Positions 1-15,600 are shown, numbered from the stretch's first letter. The stretch: DNA of 64,000 nt from Auanema rhodensis (GCA_964057225.1 OZ059895.1:12896001-12960000); one strand, 5' to 3'. Program-made: numbers and translations. Notes: generated from the letters alone by a model not told the origin.

Positions 1-48
1 AACAATAACGAGGATAAGTATGTAAATCATTGAATATCAGATTTTTTC

Positions 49-81
49 GCTTACGACCATACCACGTTGAAAGTACGCCAT
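49..81 (+). pseudogene. Truncated 5S (nt 1-33 only), representative of the 399-bp units (977, 3492, 7594, 8523 ...)
   Basis: The 5S 5' end runs directly into spacer GCAGCTG. It lacks the internal control region, and the unit is 130 bp shorter. Confidence 0.92.
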
Positions 82-447
82 GCAGCTGATTTTCAATTTT
101 ATCTCTTCCGTAACAAATGTTTTTAATTTTCCAGCAGTTTTACTTAGATAGCTCAACCCAAGGCATCAAAATATCTTCAATCTTATTTCTATATTACAGT
201 TATAAATCAGTAGTTTATGAACCTTCATCTTAACTTTACTGTTTCTATCTATTTCCTATTGAAACAAACATTGTTTAAACACTATACAACTGTGAAACCT
301 TTTTTAATTTATTGTATTTGGATCTCATAAGATTTGATATCATCGAGGGATTTAGATGTAACGTAGAAAATTACATAACTAACATGAAATTGGAAAAAAA
401 ACAATAACGAGGATAAGTATGTAAATCATTGAATATCAGGTATTTTC

Positions 448-566
448 GCTTACGACCATACCACGTTGAAAGTACGCCATCCCGTCCGATCTGGCAAGTC
501 AAGCAACGTTGGGCCCGGTTAGTACTTGGATCGGAGACGGCTTGGGAATCCCGGGTGCCGTAAGCT
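448..566 (+). rRNA. 5S rRNA (representative copy; others start at 1376, 1905, 2434, 2963, 3891 ... 31292)
   Basis: 119 nt, GCTTACGACCATACCACGTTGAAAGTACGCCATCCCGTCCGATCTGGCAAG...GGTGCCGTAAGCT. The ends pair (GCTTACG/CGTAAGC), it closely resembles nematode 5S, and a T-run follows. Confidence 0.98.
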
Positions 567-580
567 TTTCAAATTTTTTT
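566..580 (+). terminator. Pol III terminator (T4 followed by T7), repeated in every full unit
   Basis: TTTTCAAATTTTTTT immediately after the 5S 3' end. Confidence 0.85.
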
Positions 581-581
581 A

Positions 582-610
582 ACGATCATACCACGTTGAA
601 AGTACGCCAT
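582..610 (+). pseudogene. Downstream partial copy of 5S nt 5-33, present in every full unit
   Basis: ACGATCATACCACGTTGAAAGTACGCCAT versus gene ACGACCATACCACGTTGAAAGTACGCCAT: one mismatch, 130-bp offset. Confidence 0.92.
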
Positions 611-3600
611 GCAGCTGATTTTCAATTTTATCTCTTCAGTAACAAATGTTTTTAATTTTCCAGCAGTTTTACTTATATAGCTCAACCCAAGGCATCAAAA
701 TATCTTCAATCTTATTTCTATATTACAGTTATAAATCAGTAGTTTATGAACCTTCATCTTAACTTTACTGTTTCTATCTATTTCCTATTGAAACAAACAT
801 TGTTTAAACACTATACAACTGTGAAACTTTTTTTAATTTATTGTATTTGGATTTCATAAGATTTGATATCATCGAGGAATTTAGATGTAACGTAGAAAAT
901 TACATAACTAACATGAAATTGGAAAAAAAACAATAACGAGGATAAGTATGTAAATCATTGAATATCAGATTTTTTCGCTTACGACCATACCACGTTGAAA
1001 GTACGCCATGCAGCTGATTTTCAATTTTATCTCTTCCGTAACAAATGTTTTTAATTTTCCAGCAGTTTTACTTAGATAGCTCAACCCAAGGCATCAAAAT
1101 ATCTTCAATCTTATTTCTATATTACAGTTATAAATCAGTAGTTTATGAACCTTCATCTTAACTTTACTGTTTCTATCTATTTCCTATTGAAACAAACATT
1201 GTTTTAACACTATACAACTGTGAAACCTTTTTTAATTTATTGTATTTGGAGCTCATAAGATTTGATATCATCGAGGAATTTAGATGTAACGTAGAAAATT
1301 ACATAACTAACATGAAATTGGAAAAAAAACAATAACGAGGATAAGTATGTAAATCATTGAATATCAGGTATTTTCGCTTACGACCATACCACGTTGAAAG
1401 TACGCCATCCCGTCCGATCTGGCAAGTCAAGCAACGTTGGGCCCGGTTAGTACTTGGATCGGAGACGGCTTGGGAATCCCGGGTGCCGTAAGCTTTTCAA
1501 ATTTTTTTAACGATCATACCACGTTGAAAGTACGCCATGCAGCTGATTTTCAATTTTATCTCTTCCGTAACAAATGTTTTCAATTTTCCAGCAGTTTTAC
1601 TTAGATAGCTCAACCCAAGGCATCAAAATATCTTCAATCTTATTTCTATATTACAGTTATAAACCAGTAGTTTATGAACCTTCATCTTAACTTTACTGTT
1701 TCTATCTATTTCCTATTGAAACAAACATTGTTTAAACACTATACAACTGTGAAACCTTTTTTAATTTATTGTATTTGGATCTCATAAGATTTGATATCAT
1801 CGAGGGATTTAGATGTAACGTAGAAAATTACATAACTAACATGAAATTGGAAAAAAAACAATAACGAGGATAAGTATGTAAATCATTGAATATCAGGTAT
1901 TTTCGCTTACGACCATACCACGTTGAAAGTACGCCATCCCGTCCGATCTGGCAAGTCAAGCAACGTTGGGCCCGGTTAGTACTTGGATCGGAGACGGCTT
2001 GGGAATCCCGGGTGCCGTAAGCTTTTCAAATTTTTTTAACGATCATACCACGTTGAAAGTACGCCATGCAGCTGATTTTCAATTTTATCTCTTCCGTAAC
2101 AAATGTTTTTAATTTTCCAGCAGTTTTACTTAGATAGCTCAACCCAAGGCATCAAAATATCTTCAATCTTATTTCTATATTACAGTTATAAACCAGTAGT
2201 TTATGAACCTTCATCTTAACTTTACTGTTTCTATCTATTTCCTATTGAAACAAACATTGTTTAAACACTATACAACTGTGAAACCTTTTTTAATTTATTG
2301 TATTTGGATCTCATAAGATTTGATATCATCGAGGGATTTAGATGTAACGTAGAAAATTACATAACTAACATGAAATTGGAAAAAAAACAATAACGAGGAT
2401 AAGTATGTAAATCATTGAATATCAGGTATTTTCGCTTACGACCATACCACGTTGAAAGTACGCCATCCCGTCCGATCTGGCAAGTCAAGCAACGTTGGGC
2501 CCGGTTAGTACTTGGATCGGAGACGGCTTGGGAATCCCGGGTGCCGTAAGCTTTTCAAATTTTTTTAACGATCATACCACGTTGAAAGTACGCCATGCAG
2601 CTGATTTTCAATTTTATCTCTTCAGTAACAAATGTTTTTAATTTTCCAGCGGTTTTACTTAGATAGCTCAACCCAAGGCATCAAAATATCTTCAATCTTA
2701 TTTCTATATTACAGTTATAAATCAGTAGTTTATGAACCTTCATCTTAACTTTACTGTTTCTATCTATTTCCTATTGAAACAAACATTGTTTAAACACTAT
2801 ACAACTGTGAAACCTTTTTTAATTTATTGTATTTGGATCTCATAAGATTTGATATCATCGAGGAATTTAGATGTAACGTAGAAAATTACATAACTAACAT
2901 GAAATTGGAAAAAAAACAATAACGAGGATAAGTATGTAAATCATTGAATATCAGGTATTTTCGCTTACGACCATACCACGTTGAAAGTACGCCATCCCGT
3001 CCGATCTGGCAAGTCAAGCAACGTTGGGCCCGGTTAGTACTTGGATCGGAGACGGCTTGGGAATCCCGGGTACCGTAAGCTTTTCAAATTTTTTTAACGA
3101 TCATACCACGTTGAAAGTACGCCATGCAGCTGATTTTCAATTTTATCTCTTCCGTAACAAATTTTTTCATTTTTCCAGCAGTTTTACTTAGATAGCTCAA
3201 CCCAAGGCATCAAAATATCTTCAATCTTATTTCTATATTACAGTTATAAACCAGTAGTTTATGAACCTTCATCTTAACTTTACTGTTTCTATCTATTTCC
3301 TATTGAAACAAACATTGTTTAAACACTATACAACTGTGAAACCTTTTTTAATTTATTGTATTTGGAGCTCATAAGATTTGATATCATCGAGGAATTTAGA
3401 TGTAACGTAGAAAATTACATAACTAACATGAAATTGGAAAAAAAACAATAACGAGGATAAGTATGTAAATCATTGAATATCAGATTTTTTCGCTTACGAC
3501 CATACCACGTTGAAAGTACGCCATGCAGCTGATTTTCAATTTTATCTCTTCCGTAACAAATGTTTTTAATTTTCCAGCAGTTTTACTTAGATAGCTCAAC

Positions 3601-6600
3601 CCAAGGCATCAAAATATCTTCAATCTTATTTCTATATTACAGTTATAAATCAGTAGTTTATGAACCTTCATCTTAACTTTACTGTTTCTATCTATTTCCT
3701 ATTGAAACAAACATTGTTTTAACACTATACAACTGTGAAACCTTTTTTAATTTATTGTATTTGGAGCTCATAAGATTTGATATCATCGAGGAATTTAGAT
3801 GTAACGTAGAAAATTACATAACTAACATGAAATTGGAAAAAAAACAATAACGAGGATAAGTATGTAAATCATTGAATATCAGGTATTTTCGCTTACGACC
3901 ATACCACGTTGAAAGTACGCCATCCCGTCCGATCTGGCAAGTCAAGCAACGTTGGGCCCGGTTAGTACTTGGATCGGAGACGGCTTGGGAATCCCGGGTG
4001 CCGTAAGCTTTTCAAATTTTTTTAACGATCATACCACGTTGAAAGTACGCCATGCAGCTGATTTTCAATTTTATCTCTTCCGTAACAAATGTTTTCAATT
4101 TTCCAGCAGTTTTACTTAGATAGCTCAACCCAAGGCATCAAAATATCTTCAATCTTATTTCTATATTACAGTTATAAACCAGTGGTTTATGAACCTTCAT
4201 CTTAACTTTACTGTTTCTATCTATTTCCTATTGAAACAAACATTGTTTAAACACTATACAACTGTGAAACCTTTTTTAATTTATTGTATTTGGATCTCAT
4301 AAGATTTGATATCATCGAGGGATTTAGATGTAACGTAGAAAATTACATAACTAACATGAAATTGGAAAAAAAACAATAACGAGGATAAGTATGTAAATCA
4401 TTGAATATCAGGTATTTTCGCTTACGACCTTACCACGTTGAAAGTACGCCATCCCGTCCGATCTGGCAAGTCAAGCAACGTTGGGCCCGGTTAGTACTTG
4501 GATCGGAGACGGCTTGGGAATCCCGGGTGCCGTAAGCTTTTCAAATTTTTTTAACGATCATACCACGTTGAAAGTACGCAATGCAGCTGATTTTCAATTT
4601 TATCTCTTCCGTAACAAATGTTTTTAATTTTCCAGCAGTTTTACTTAGATAGCTCAACCCAAGGCATCAAAATATCTTCAATCTTATTTCTATATTACAG
4701 TTATAAACCAGTAGTTTATGAACCTTCATCTTAACTTTACTGTTTCTATCTATTTCCTATTGAAACAAACATTGTTTAAACACTATACAACTGTGAAACC
4801 TTTTTTAATTTATTGTATTTGGATCTCATAAGATTTGATATCATCGAGGGATTTATATGTAACGTAGAAAATTACATAACTAACATGAAATTGGAAAAAA
4901 AACAATAACGAGGATAAGTATGTAAATCATTGCATATCAGGTATTTTCGCTTACGACCATACCACGTTGAAAGTACGCCATCCCGTCCGATCTGGCAAGT
5001 CAAGCAACGTTGGGCCCGGTTAGTACTTGGATCGGAGACGGCTTGGGAATCCCGGGTGCCGTAAGCTTTTCAAATTTTTTTAACGATCATACCACGTTGA
5101 AAGTACGCCATGCAGCTGATTTTCAATTTTATCTCTTCAGTAACAAATGTTTTTAATTTTCCTGCAGTTTTACTTAGATAGCTCAACCCGAGGCATCAAA
5201 ATATCTTCAATCTTATTTCTATATTACAGTTATAAACCAGTAGTTTATGAACCTTCATCTTAACTTTACTGTTTCTATCTATTTCCTATTGAAACAAACA
5301 TTGTTTTAACACTATACAACTGTGAAACCTTTTTTAATTTATTGTATTTGGAGCTCATAAGATTTGATATCATCGAGGAATTTAGATGTAACGTAGAAAA
5401 TTACATAACTAACATGAAATTGGAAAAAAAACAATAACGAGGATAAGTATGTAAATCATTGAATATCAGGTATTTTCGCTTACGACCATACCACGTTGAA
5501 AGTACGCCATCCCGTCCGATCTGGCAAGTCAAGCAACGTTGGGCCCGGTTAGTACTTGGATCGGAGACGGCTTGGGAATCCCGGGTGCCGTAAGCTTTTC
5601 AAATTTTTTTAACGATCATACCACGTTGAAAGTACGCCATGCAGCTGATTTTCAATTTTATCTCTTCAGTAACAAATGTTTTTAATTTTCCAGCAGTTTT
5701 ACTTAGATAGCTCAACCCGAGGCATCAAAATATCTTCAATCTTATTTCTATATTACAGTTATAAACCAGTAGTTTATGAACCTTCATCTTAACTTTACTG
5801 TTTCTATCTATTTCCTATTGAAACAAACATTGTTTTAACACTATACAACTGTGAAACTTTTTTTAATTTATTGTATTTGGAGCTCATAAGATTTGATATC
5901 ATCGAGGAATTTAGATGTAACGTAGAAAATTACATAACTAACATGAAATTGGAAAAAAAACAATAACGAGGATAAGTTTGTAAATCATTGAATATCAGGT
6001 ATTTTCGCTTACGACCATACCACGTTGAAAGTACGCCATCCCGTCCGATCTGGCAAGTCAAGCAACGTTGGGCCCGGTTAGTACTTGGATCGGAGACGGC
6101 TTGGGAATCCCGGGTGCCGTAAGCTTTTCAATTTTTTTTAACGATCATACCACGTTGAAAGTACGCAATGCAGCTGATTTTCAATTTTATCTCTTCCGTA
6201 ACAAATGTTTTTAATTTTCCAGCAGTTTTACTTAGATAGCTCAACCCAAGGCATCAAAATATCTTCAATCTTATTTCTATATTACAGTTATAAACCAGTA
6301 GTTTATGAACCTTCATCCTAACTTTACTGTTTCTATCTATTTCCTATTGAAACAAACATTGTTTTAACACTATACAACTGTGAAACCTTTTTTAATTTAT
6401 TGTATTTGGAGCTCATAAGATTTGATATCATCGAGGAATTTAGATGTAACGTAGAAAATTACATAACTAACATGAAATTGGAAAAAAAACAATAACGAGG
6501 ATAAGTATGTAAATCATTGAATATCAGGTATTTTCGCTTACGACCATACCACGTTGAAAGTACGCCATCCCGTCCGATCTGGCAAGTCAAGCAACGTTGG

Positions 6601-9600
6601 GCCCGGTTAGTACTTGGATCGGAGACGGCTTGGGAATCCCGGGTGCCGTAAGCTTTTCAAATTTTTTTAACGATCATACCACGTTGAAAGTACGCCATGC
6701 AGCTGATTTTCAATTTTATCTCTTCAGTAACAAATGTTTTTAATTTTCCAGCAGTTTTACTTAGATAGCTCAACCCGAGGTATCAAAATATCTTCAATCT
6801 TATTTCTATATTACAGTTATAAACCAGTAGTTTATGAACCTTCATCTTAACTTTACTGTTTCTATCTATTTCCTATTGAAACAAACATTGTTTTAACACT
6901 ATACAACTGTGAAACTTTTTTTAATTTATTGTATTTGGAGCTCATAAGATTTGATATCATCGAGGAATTTAGATGTAACGTAGAAAATTACATAACTAAC
7001 ATGAAATTGGAAAAAAAACAATAACGAGGATAAGTTTGTAAATCATTGAATATCAGGTATTTTCGCTTACGACCATACCACGTTGAAAGTACGCCATCCC
7101 GTCCGATCTGGCAAGTCAAGCAACGTTGGGCCCGGTTAGTACTTGGATCGGAGACGGCTTGGGAATCCCGGGTGCCGTAAGCTTTTCAATTTTTTTTAAC
7201 GATCATACCACGTTGAAAGTACGCAATGCAGCTGATTTTCAATTTTATCTCTTCCGTAACAAATGTTTTTAATTTTCCAGCAGTTTTACTTAGATAGCTC
7301 AACCCAAGGCATCAAAATATCTTCAATCTTATTTCTATATTACAGTTATAAACCAGTAGTTTATGAACCTTCATCCTAACTTTACTGTTTCTATCTATTT
7401 CCTATTGAAACAAACATTGTTTTAACACTATACAACTGTGAAACCTTTTTTAATTTATTGTATTTGGATCTCATAAGATTTGATATCATCGAGGAATTTA
7501 GATGTAACGTAGAAAATTACATAACTAACATGAAATTGGAAAAAAAACAATAACGAGGATAAGTATGTAAATCATTGAATATCAGATTTTTTCGCTTACG
7601 ACCATACCACGTTGAAAGTACGCCATGCAGCTGATTTTCAATTTTATCTCTTTCGTAACAAATGTTTTTAATTTTCCAGCAGTTTTACTTAGATAGCTCA
7701 ACCCGAGGCATCAAAATATCTTCAATCTTATTTCTATATTACAGTTATAAACCAGTAGTTTATGAACCTTCATCTTAACTTTACTGTTTCTATCTATTTC
7801 CTATTGAAACAAACATTGTTTTAACACTATACAACTGTGAAACTTTTTTTAATTTATTGTATTTGGAGCTCATAAGATTTGATATCATCGAGGAATTTAG
7901 ATGTAACGTAGAAAATTACATAACTAACATGAAATTGGAAAAAAAACAATAACGAGGATAAGTTTGTAAATCATTGAATATCAGGTATTTTCGCTTACGA
8001 CCATACCACGTTGAAAGTACGCCATCCCGTCCGATCTGGCAAGTCAAGCAACGTTGGGCCCGGTTAGTACTTGGATCGGAGACGGCTTGGGAATCCCGGG
8101 TGCCGTAAGCTTTTCAATTTTTTTTAACGATCATACCACGTTGAAAGTACGCAATGCAGCTGATTTTCAATTTTATCTCTTCCGTAACAAATGTTTTTAA
8201 TTTTCCAGCAGTTTTACTTAGATAGCTCAACCCAAGGCATCAAAATATCTTCAATCTTATTTCTATATTCCAGTTATAAACCAGTAGTTTATGAACCTTC
8301 ATCCTAACTTTACTGTTTCTATCTATTTCCTATTGAAACAAACATTGTTTTAACACTATACAACTGTGAAACCTTTTTTAATTTATTGTATTTGGATCTC
8401 ATAAGATTTGATATCATCGAGGAATTTAGATGTAACGTAGAAAATTACATAACTAACATGAAATTGGAAAAAAAAACAATAACGAGGATAAGTATGTAAA
8501 TCATTGAATATCAGATTTTTTCGCTTACGACCATACCACGTTGAAAGTACGCCATGCAGCTGATTTTCAATTTTATCTCTTCCGTAACAAATGTTTTTAA
8601 TTTTCCAGCAGTTTTACTTAGATAGCTCAACCCAAGGCATCAAAATATCTTCAATCTTATTTCTATATTACAGTTATAAACCAGTAGTTTATGAACCTTC
8701 ATCTTAACTTTACTGTTTCTATCTATTTCCTATTGAAACAAACATTGTTTAAACACTATACAACTGTGAAACCTTTTTTAATTTATTGTATTTGGATCTC
8801 ATAAGATTTGATATCATCGAGGGATTTAGATGTAACGTAGAAAATTACATAACTAACATGAAATTGGAAAAAAAACAATAACGAGGATAAGTATGTAAAT
8901 CATTGAATATCAGGTATTTTCGCTTACGACCATACCACGTTGAAAGTACGCCATCCCGTCCGATCTGGCAAGTCAAGCAACGTTGGGCCCGGTTAGTACT
9001 TGGATCGGAGACGGCTTGGGAATCCCGGGTGCCGTAAGCTTTTCAAATTTTTTTAACGATCATACCACGTTGAAAGTACGCAATGCAGCTGATTTTCAAT
9101 TTTATCTCTTCCGTAACAAATGTTTTTAATTTTCCAGCAGTTTTACTTAGATAGCTCAACCCAAGGCATCAAAATATCTTCAATCTTATTTCTATATTAC
9201 AGTTATAAACCAGTAGTTTATGAACCTTCATCCTAACTTTACTGTTTCTATCTATTTCCTATTGAAACAAACATTGTTTAAACACTATACAACTGTGAAA
9301 CCTTTTTTAATTTATTGTATTTGGAGCTCATAAGATTTGATATCATCGAGGAATTTAGATGTAACGTAGAAAATTACATAACTAACATGAAATTGGAAAA
9401 AAAACAATAACGAGGATAAGTATGTAAATCATTGAATATCAGATTTTTTCGCTTACGACCATACCACGTTGAAAGTACGCCGTGCAGCTGATTTTCAATT
9501 TTATCTCTTCCGTAACAAATGTTTTTAATTTTCCAGCAGTTTTACTTAGATAGCTCAACCCAAGGCATCAAAATATCTTCAATCTTATTTCTATATTACA

Positions 9601-12600
9601 GTTATAAACCAGTAGTTTATGAACCTTCATCTTAACTTTACTGTTTCTATCTGTTTCCTATTGAAACAAACATTGTTTAAACACTATACAACTGTGAAAC
9701 CTTTTTTAATTTATTGTATTTGGATCTCATAAGATTTGATATCATCGAGGGATTTAGATGTAACGTAGAAATTTACATAACTAACATGAAATTGGAAAAA
9801 AAACAATAACGAGGATAAGTATGTAAATCATTGAATATCAGATTTTTTCGCTTACGACCATACCACGTTGAAAGTACGCCATGCAGCTGATTTTCAATTT
9901 TATCTCTTCCCTAACAAATGTTTTTAATTTTCCAGCAGTTTTACTTAGATAGCTCAACCCAAGGCATCAAAATATCTTCAATCTTATTTCTATATTACAG
10001 TTATAAACCAGTAGTTTATGAACCTTCATCTTAACTTCACTGTTTCTATCTATTTCCTATTGAAACAAACATTGTTTATACACTATACAACTGTGAAACC
10101 TTTTTTAATTTATTGTATTTGGATCTCATAAGATTTGATATCATCGAGGGATTTAGATGTAACGTAGAAAATTACATAACTAACATGAAATTGGAAAAAA
10201 AACAATAACGAGGATAAGTATGTAAATCATTGAATATCAGGTATTTTCGCTTACGACCATACCACGTTGAAAGTACGCCATCCCGTCCGATCTGGCAAGT
10301 CAAGCAACGTTGGGCCCGGTTAGTACTTGGATCGGAGACGGCTTGGGAATCCCGGGTGCCGTAAGCTTTTCAATTTTTTTTAACGATCATACCACGTTGA
10401 AAGTACGCAATGCAGCTGATTTTCAATTTTATCTCTTCCGTAACAAATGTTTTTAATTTTCCAGCAGTTTTACTTAGATAGCTCAACCCAAGGCATCAAA
10501 ATATCTTCAATCTTATTTCTATATTACAGTTATAAACCAGTAGTTTATGAACCTTCATCCTAACTTTACTGTTTCTATCTATTTCCTATTGAAACAAACA
10601 TTGTTTAAACACTATACAACTGTGAAACCTTTTTTAATTTATTGTATTTGGAGCTCATAAGATTTGATATCATCGAGGAATTTAGATGTAACGTAGAAAA
10701 TTACATAACTAACATGAAATTGGAAAAAAAACAATAACGAGGATAAGTATGTAAATCATTGAATATCAGATTTTTTCGCTTACGACCATACCACGTTGAA
10801 AGTACGCCGTGCAGCTGATTTTCAATTTTATCTCTTCCGTAACAAATGTTTTTAATTTTCCAGCAGTTTTACTTAGATAGCTCAACCCAAGGCATCAAAA
10901 TATCTTCAATCTTATTTCTATATTACAGTTATAAACCAGTAGTTTATGAACCTTCATCTTAACTTTACTGTTTCTATCTGTTTCCTATTGAAACAAACAT
11001 TGTTTAAACACTATACAACTGTGAAACCTTTTTTAATTTATTGTATTTGGATCTCATAAGATTTGATATCATCGAGGGATTTAGATGTAACGTAGAAATT
11101 TACATAACTAACATGAAATTGGAAAAAAAACAATAACGAGGATAAGTATGTAAATCATTGAATATCAGATTTTTTCGCTTACGACCATACCACGTTGAAA
11201 GTACGCCATGCAGCTGATTTTCAATTTTATCTCTTCCGTAACAAATGTTTTTAATTTTCCAGCAGTTTTACTTAGATAGCTCAACCCAAGGCATCAAAAT
11301 ATCTTCAATCTTATTTCTATATTACAGTTATAAACCAGTAGTTTATGAACCTTCATCTTAACTTTACTGTTTCTATCTATTTCCTATTGAAACAAACATT
11401 GTTTAAACACTATACAACTGTGAAACCTTTTTTAATTTATTGTATTTGGATCTCATAAGATTTGATATCATCGAGGGATTTAGATGTAACGTAGAAAATT
11501 ACATAACTAACATGAAATTGGAAAAAAAACAATAACGAGGATAAGTATGTAAATCATTGAATATCAGATATTTTCGCTTACGACCATACCACGTTGAAAG
11601 TACGCCATCCCGTCCGATCTGGCAAGTCAAGCAACGTTGGGCCCGGTTAGTACTTGGATCGGAGACGGCTTGGGAATCCCGGGTGCCGTAAGCTTTTCAA
11701 ATTTTTTTAACGATCATACCACGTTGAAAGTACGCAATGCAGCTGATTTTCAATTTTATCTCTTCAGTAACAAATGTTTTTAATTTTCCAGCAGTTTTAC
11801 TTAGATAGCTCAACCCAAGGCATCAAAATATCTTCAATCTTATTTCTATATTACAGTTATAAACCAGTAGTTTATGAACCTTCATCTTAACTTTACTGTT
11901 TCTATCTATTTCCTATTGAAACAAACATTGTTTAAACACTATACAACTGTGAAACCTTTTTTAATTTATTGTATTTGGATCTCATAAGATTTGATATCAT
12001 CGAGGGATTTAGATGTAACGTAGAAAATTACATAACTAACATGAAATTGGAAAAAAAACAATAACGAGGATAAGTATGTAAATCATTGAATATCAGGTAT
12101 TTTCGCTTACGACCATACCACGTTGAAAGTACGCCATCCCGTCCGATCTGGCAAGTCAAGCAACGCTGGGCCCGGTTAGTACTTGGATCGGAGACGGCTT
12201 GGGAATCCCGGGTGCCGTAAGCTTTTCAAATTTTTTTAACGATCATACCACGTTGAAAGTACGCCATGCAGCTGATTTTCAATTTTATCTCTTCCGTAAC
12301 AAATGTTTTTAATTTTCCAGCAGTTTTACTTAGATAGCTCAACCCAAGGCATCAAAATATCTTCAATCTTATTTCTATATTACAGTTATAAATCAGTAGT
12401 TTATGAACCTTCATCTTAACTTTACTGTTTCTATCTATTTCCTATTGAAACAAACATTGTTTAAACACTATACAACTGTGAAACCTTTTTTAATTTATTG
12501 TATTTGGATCTCATAAGATTTGATATCATCGAGGAATATAGATGTAACGTAGAAAATTACATAACTAACATGAAATTGGAAAAAAAACAATAACGAGGAT

Positions 12601-15600
12601 AAGTATGTAAATCATTGAATATCAGATTTTTTCGCTTACGACCATACCACGTTGAAAGTACGCCATGCAGCTGATTTTCAATTTTATCTCTTCCGTAACA
12701 AATGTTTTTAATTTTCCAGCAGTTTTACTTAGATAGCTCAACCCGAGGCATCAAAATATCTTCAATCTTATTTCTATATTACAGTTATAAACCAGTAGTT
12801 TATGAACCTTCATCTTAACTTTACTGTTTCTATCTATTTCCTATTGAAACAAACATTGTTTAAACACTATACAACTGTGAAACCTTTTTTAATTTATTGT
12901 ATTTGGATCTCATAAGATTTGATATCATCGAGGGATTTAGATGTAACGTAGAAAATTACATAACTAACATGAAATTGGAAAAAAAACAATAACGAGGATA
13001 AGTATGTAAATCATTGAATATCAGATATTTTCGCTTACGACCATACCACGTTGAAGTACGCCATTCCGTCCGATCTGGCAAGTCAAGCAACGTTGGGCCC
13101 GGTTAGTACTTGGATCGGAGACGGCTTGGGAATCCCGGGTGCCGTAAGCTTTTCAAATTTTTTTAACGATCATACCACGTTGAAAGTACGCAATGCAGCT
13201 GATTTTCAATTTTATCTCTTCAGTAACAAATGTTTTTAATTTTCCAGCAGTTTTACTTAGATAGCTCAACCCAAGGCATCAAAATATCTTCAATCTTATT
13301 TCTATATTACAGTTATAAATCAGTAGTTTATGGACCTTCATCTTAACTTTACTGTTTCTATCTATTTCCTATTGAAACAAACATTGTTTAAACACTATAC
13401 AACTGTGAAACCTTTTTTAATTTATTGTATTTCGATCTCATAAGATTTGATATCATCGAGGAATTTAGATGTAACGTAGAAAATTACATAACTAACATGA
13501 AATTGGAAAAAAAACAATAACGAGGATAAGTATGTAAATCATTGAATATCAGATTTTTTCGCTTACGACCATACCACGTTGAAAGTACGCCATGCAGCTG
13601 ATTTTCAATTTTATCTCTTCCGTAACAAATGTTTTTAATTTTCCAGCAGTTTTACTTAGATAGCTCAACCCAAGGCATCAAAATATCTTCAATCTTATTT
13701 CTATATTACAGTTATAAATCAGTAGTTTATGAACCTTCATCTTAACTTTACTGTTTCTATCTATTTCCTATTGAAACAAACATTGTTTAAACACTATACA
13801 ACTGTGAAACCTTTTTTAATTTATTGTATTTGGATCTCATAAGATTTGATATCATCGAGGGATTTAGATGTAACGTAGAAAATTACATAACTAACATGAA
13901 ATTGGAAAAAAAACAATAACGAGGATAAGTATGTAAATCATTGAATATCAGGTATTTTCGCTTACGACCATACCACGTTGAAAGTACGCCATCCCGTCCG
14001 ATCTGGCAAGTCAAGCAACGTTGGGCCCGGTTAGTACTTGGATCGGAGACGGCTTGGGAATCCCGGGTGCCGTAAGCTTTTCAAATTTTTTTAACGATCA
14101 TACCACGTTGAAAGTACGCCATGCAGCTGATTTTCAATTTTATCTCTTCAGTAACAAATGTTTTTAATTTTCCAGCAGTTTTACTTAGATAGCTCAACCC
14201 AAGGCATCAAAATATCTTCAATCTTATTTCTATATTACAGTTATAAATCAGTAGTTTATGAACCTTCATCTTAACTTTACTGTTTCTATCTATTTCCTAT
14301 TGAAACAAACATTGTTTAAACACTATACAACTGTGAAACTTTTTTTAATTTATTGTATTTGGATTTCATAAGATTTGATATCATCGAGGAATTTAGATGT
14401 AACGTAGAAAATTACATAACTAACATGAAATTGGAAAAAAAACAATAACGAGGATAAGTATGTAAATCATTGAATATCAGATTTTTTCGCTTACGACCAT
14501 ACCACGTTGAAAGTACGCCATGCAGCTGATTTTCAATTTTATCTCTTCCGTAACAAATGTTTTTAATTTTCCAGCAGTTTTACTTAGATAGCTCAACCCA
14601 AGGCATCAAAATATCTTCAATCTTATTTCTATATTACAGTTATAAATCAGTAGTTTATGAACCTTCATCTTAACTTTACTGTTTCTATCTATTTCCTATT
14701 GAAACAAACATTGTTTTAACACTATACAACTGTGAAACCTTTTTTAATTTATTGTATTTGGAGCTCATAAGATTTGATATCATCGAGGAATTTAGATGTA
14801 ACGTAGAAAATTACATAACTAACATGAAATTGGAAAAAAAACAATAACGAGGATAAGTATGTAAATCATTGAATATCAGGTATTTTCGCTTACGACCATA
14901 CCACGTTGAAAGTACGCCATCCCGTCCGATCTGGCAAGTCAAGCAACGTTGGGCCCGGTTAGTACTTGGATCGGAGACGGCTTGGGAATCCCGGGTGCCG
15001 TAAGCTTTTCAAATTTTTTTAACGATCATACCACGTTGAAAGTACGCCATGCAGCTGATTTTCAATTTTATCTCTTCCGTAACAAATGTTTTCAATTTTC
15101 CAGCAGTTTTACTTAGATAGCTCAACCCAAGGCATCAAAATATCTTCAATCTTATTTCTATATTACAGTTATAAACCAGTAGTTTATGAACCTTCATCTT
15201 AACTTTACTGTTTCTATCTATTTCCTATTGAAACAAACATTGTTTAAACACTATACAACTGTGAAACCTTTTTTAATTTATTGTATTTGGATCTCATAAG
15301 ATTTGATATCATCGAGGGATTTAGATGTAACGTAGAAAATTACATAACTAACATGAAATTGGAAAAAAAACAATAACGAGGATAAGTATGTAAATCATTG
15401 AATATCAGGTATTTTCGCTTACGACCATACCACGTTGAAAGTACGCCATCCCGTCCGATCTGGCAAGTCAAGCAACGTTGGGCCCGGTTAGTACTTGGAT
15501 CGGAGACGGCTTGGGAATCCCGGGTGCCGTAAGCTTTTCAAATTTTTTTAACGATCATACCACGTTGAAAGTACGCCATGCAGCTGATTTTCAATTTTAT

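Noticed and set aside
448-976. SL1 spliced-leader RNA gene linked to 5S, as in many nematodes
   Set aside because: I found no GGTTTAATTACCCAAGTTTGAG or convincing variant with a splice donor and Sm site on either strand. A highly diverged SL cannot be excluded without a covariance search.
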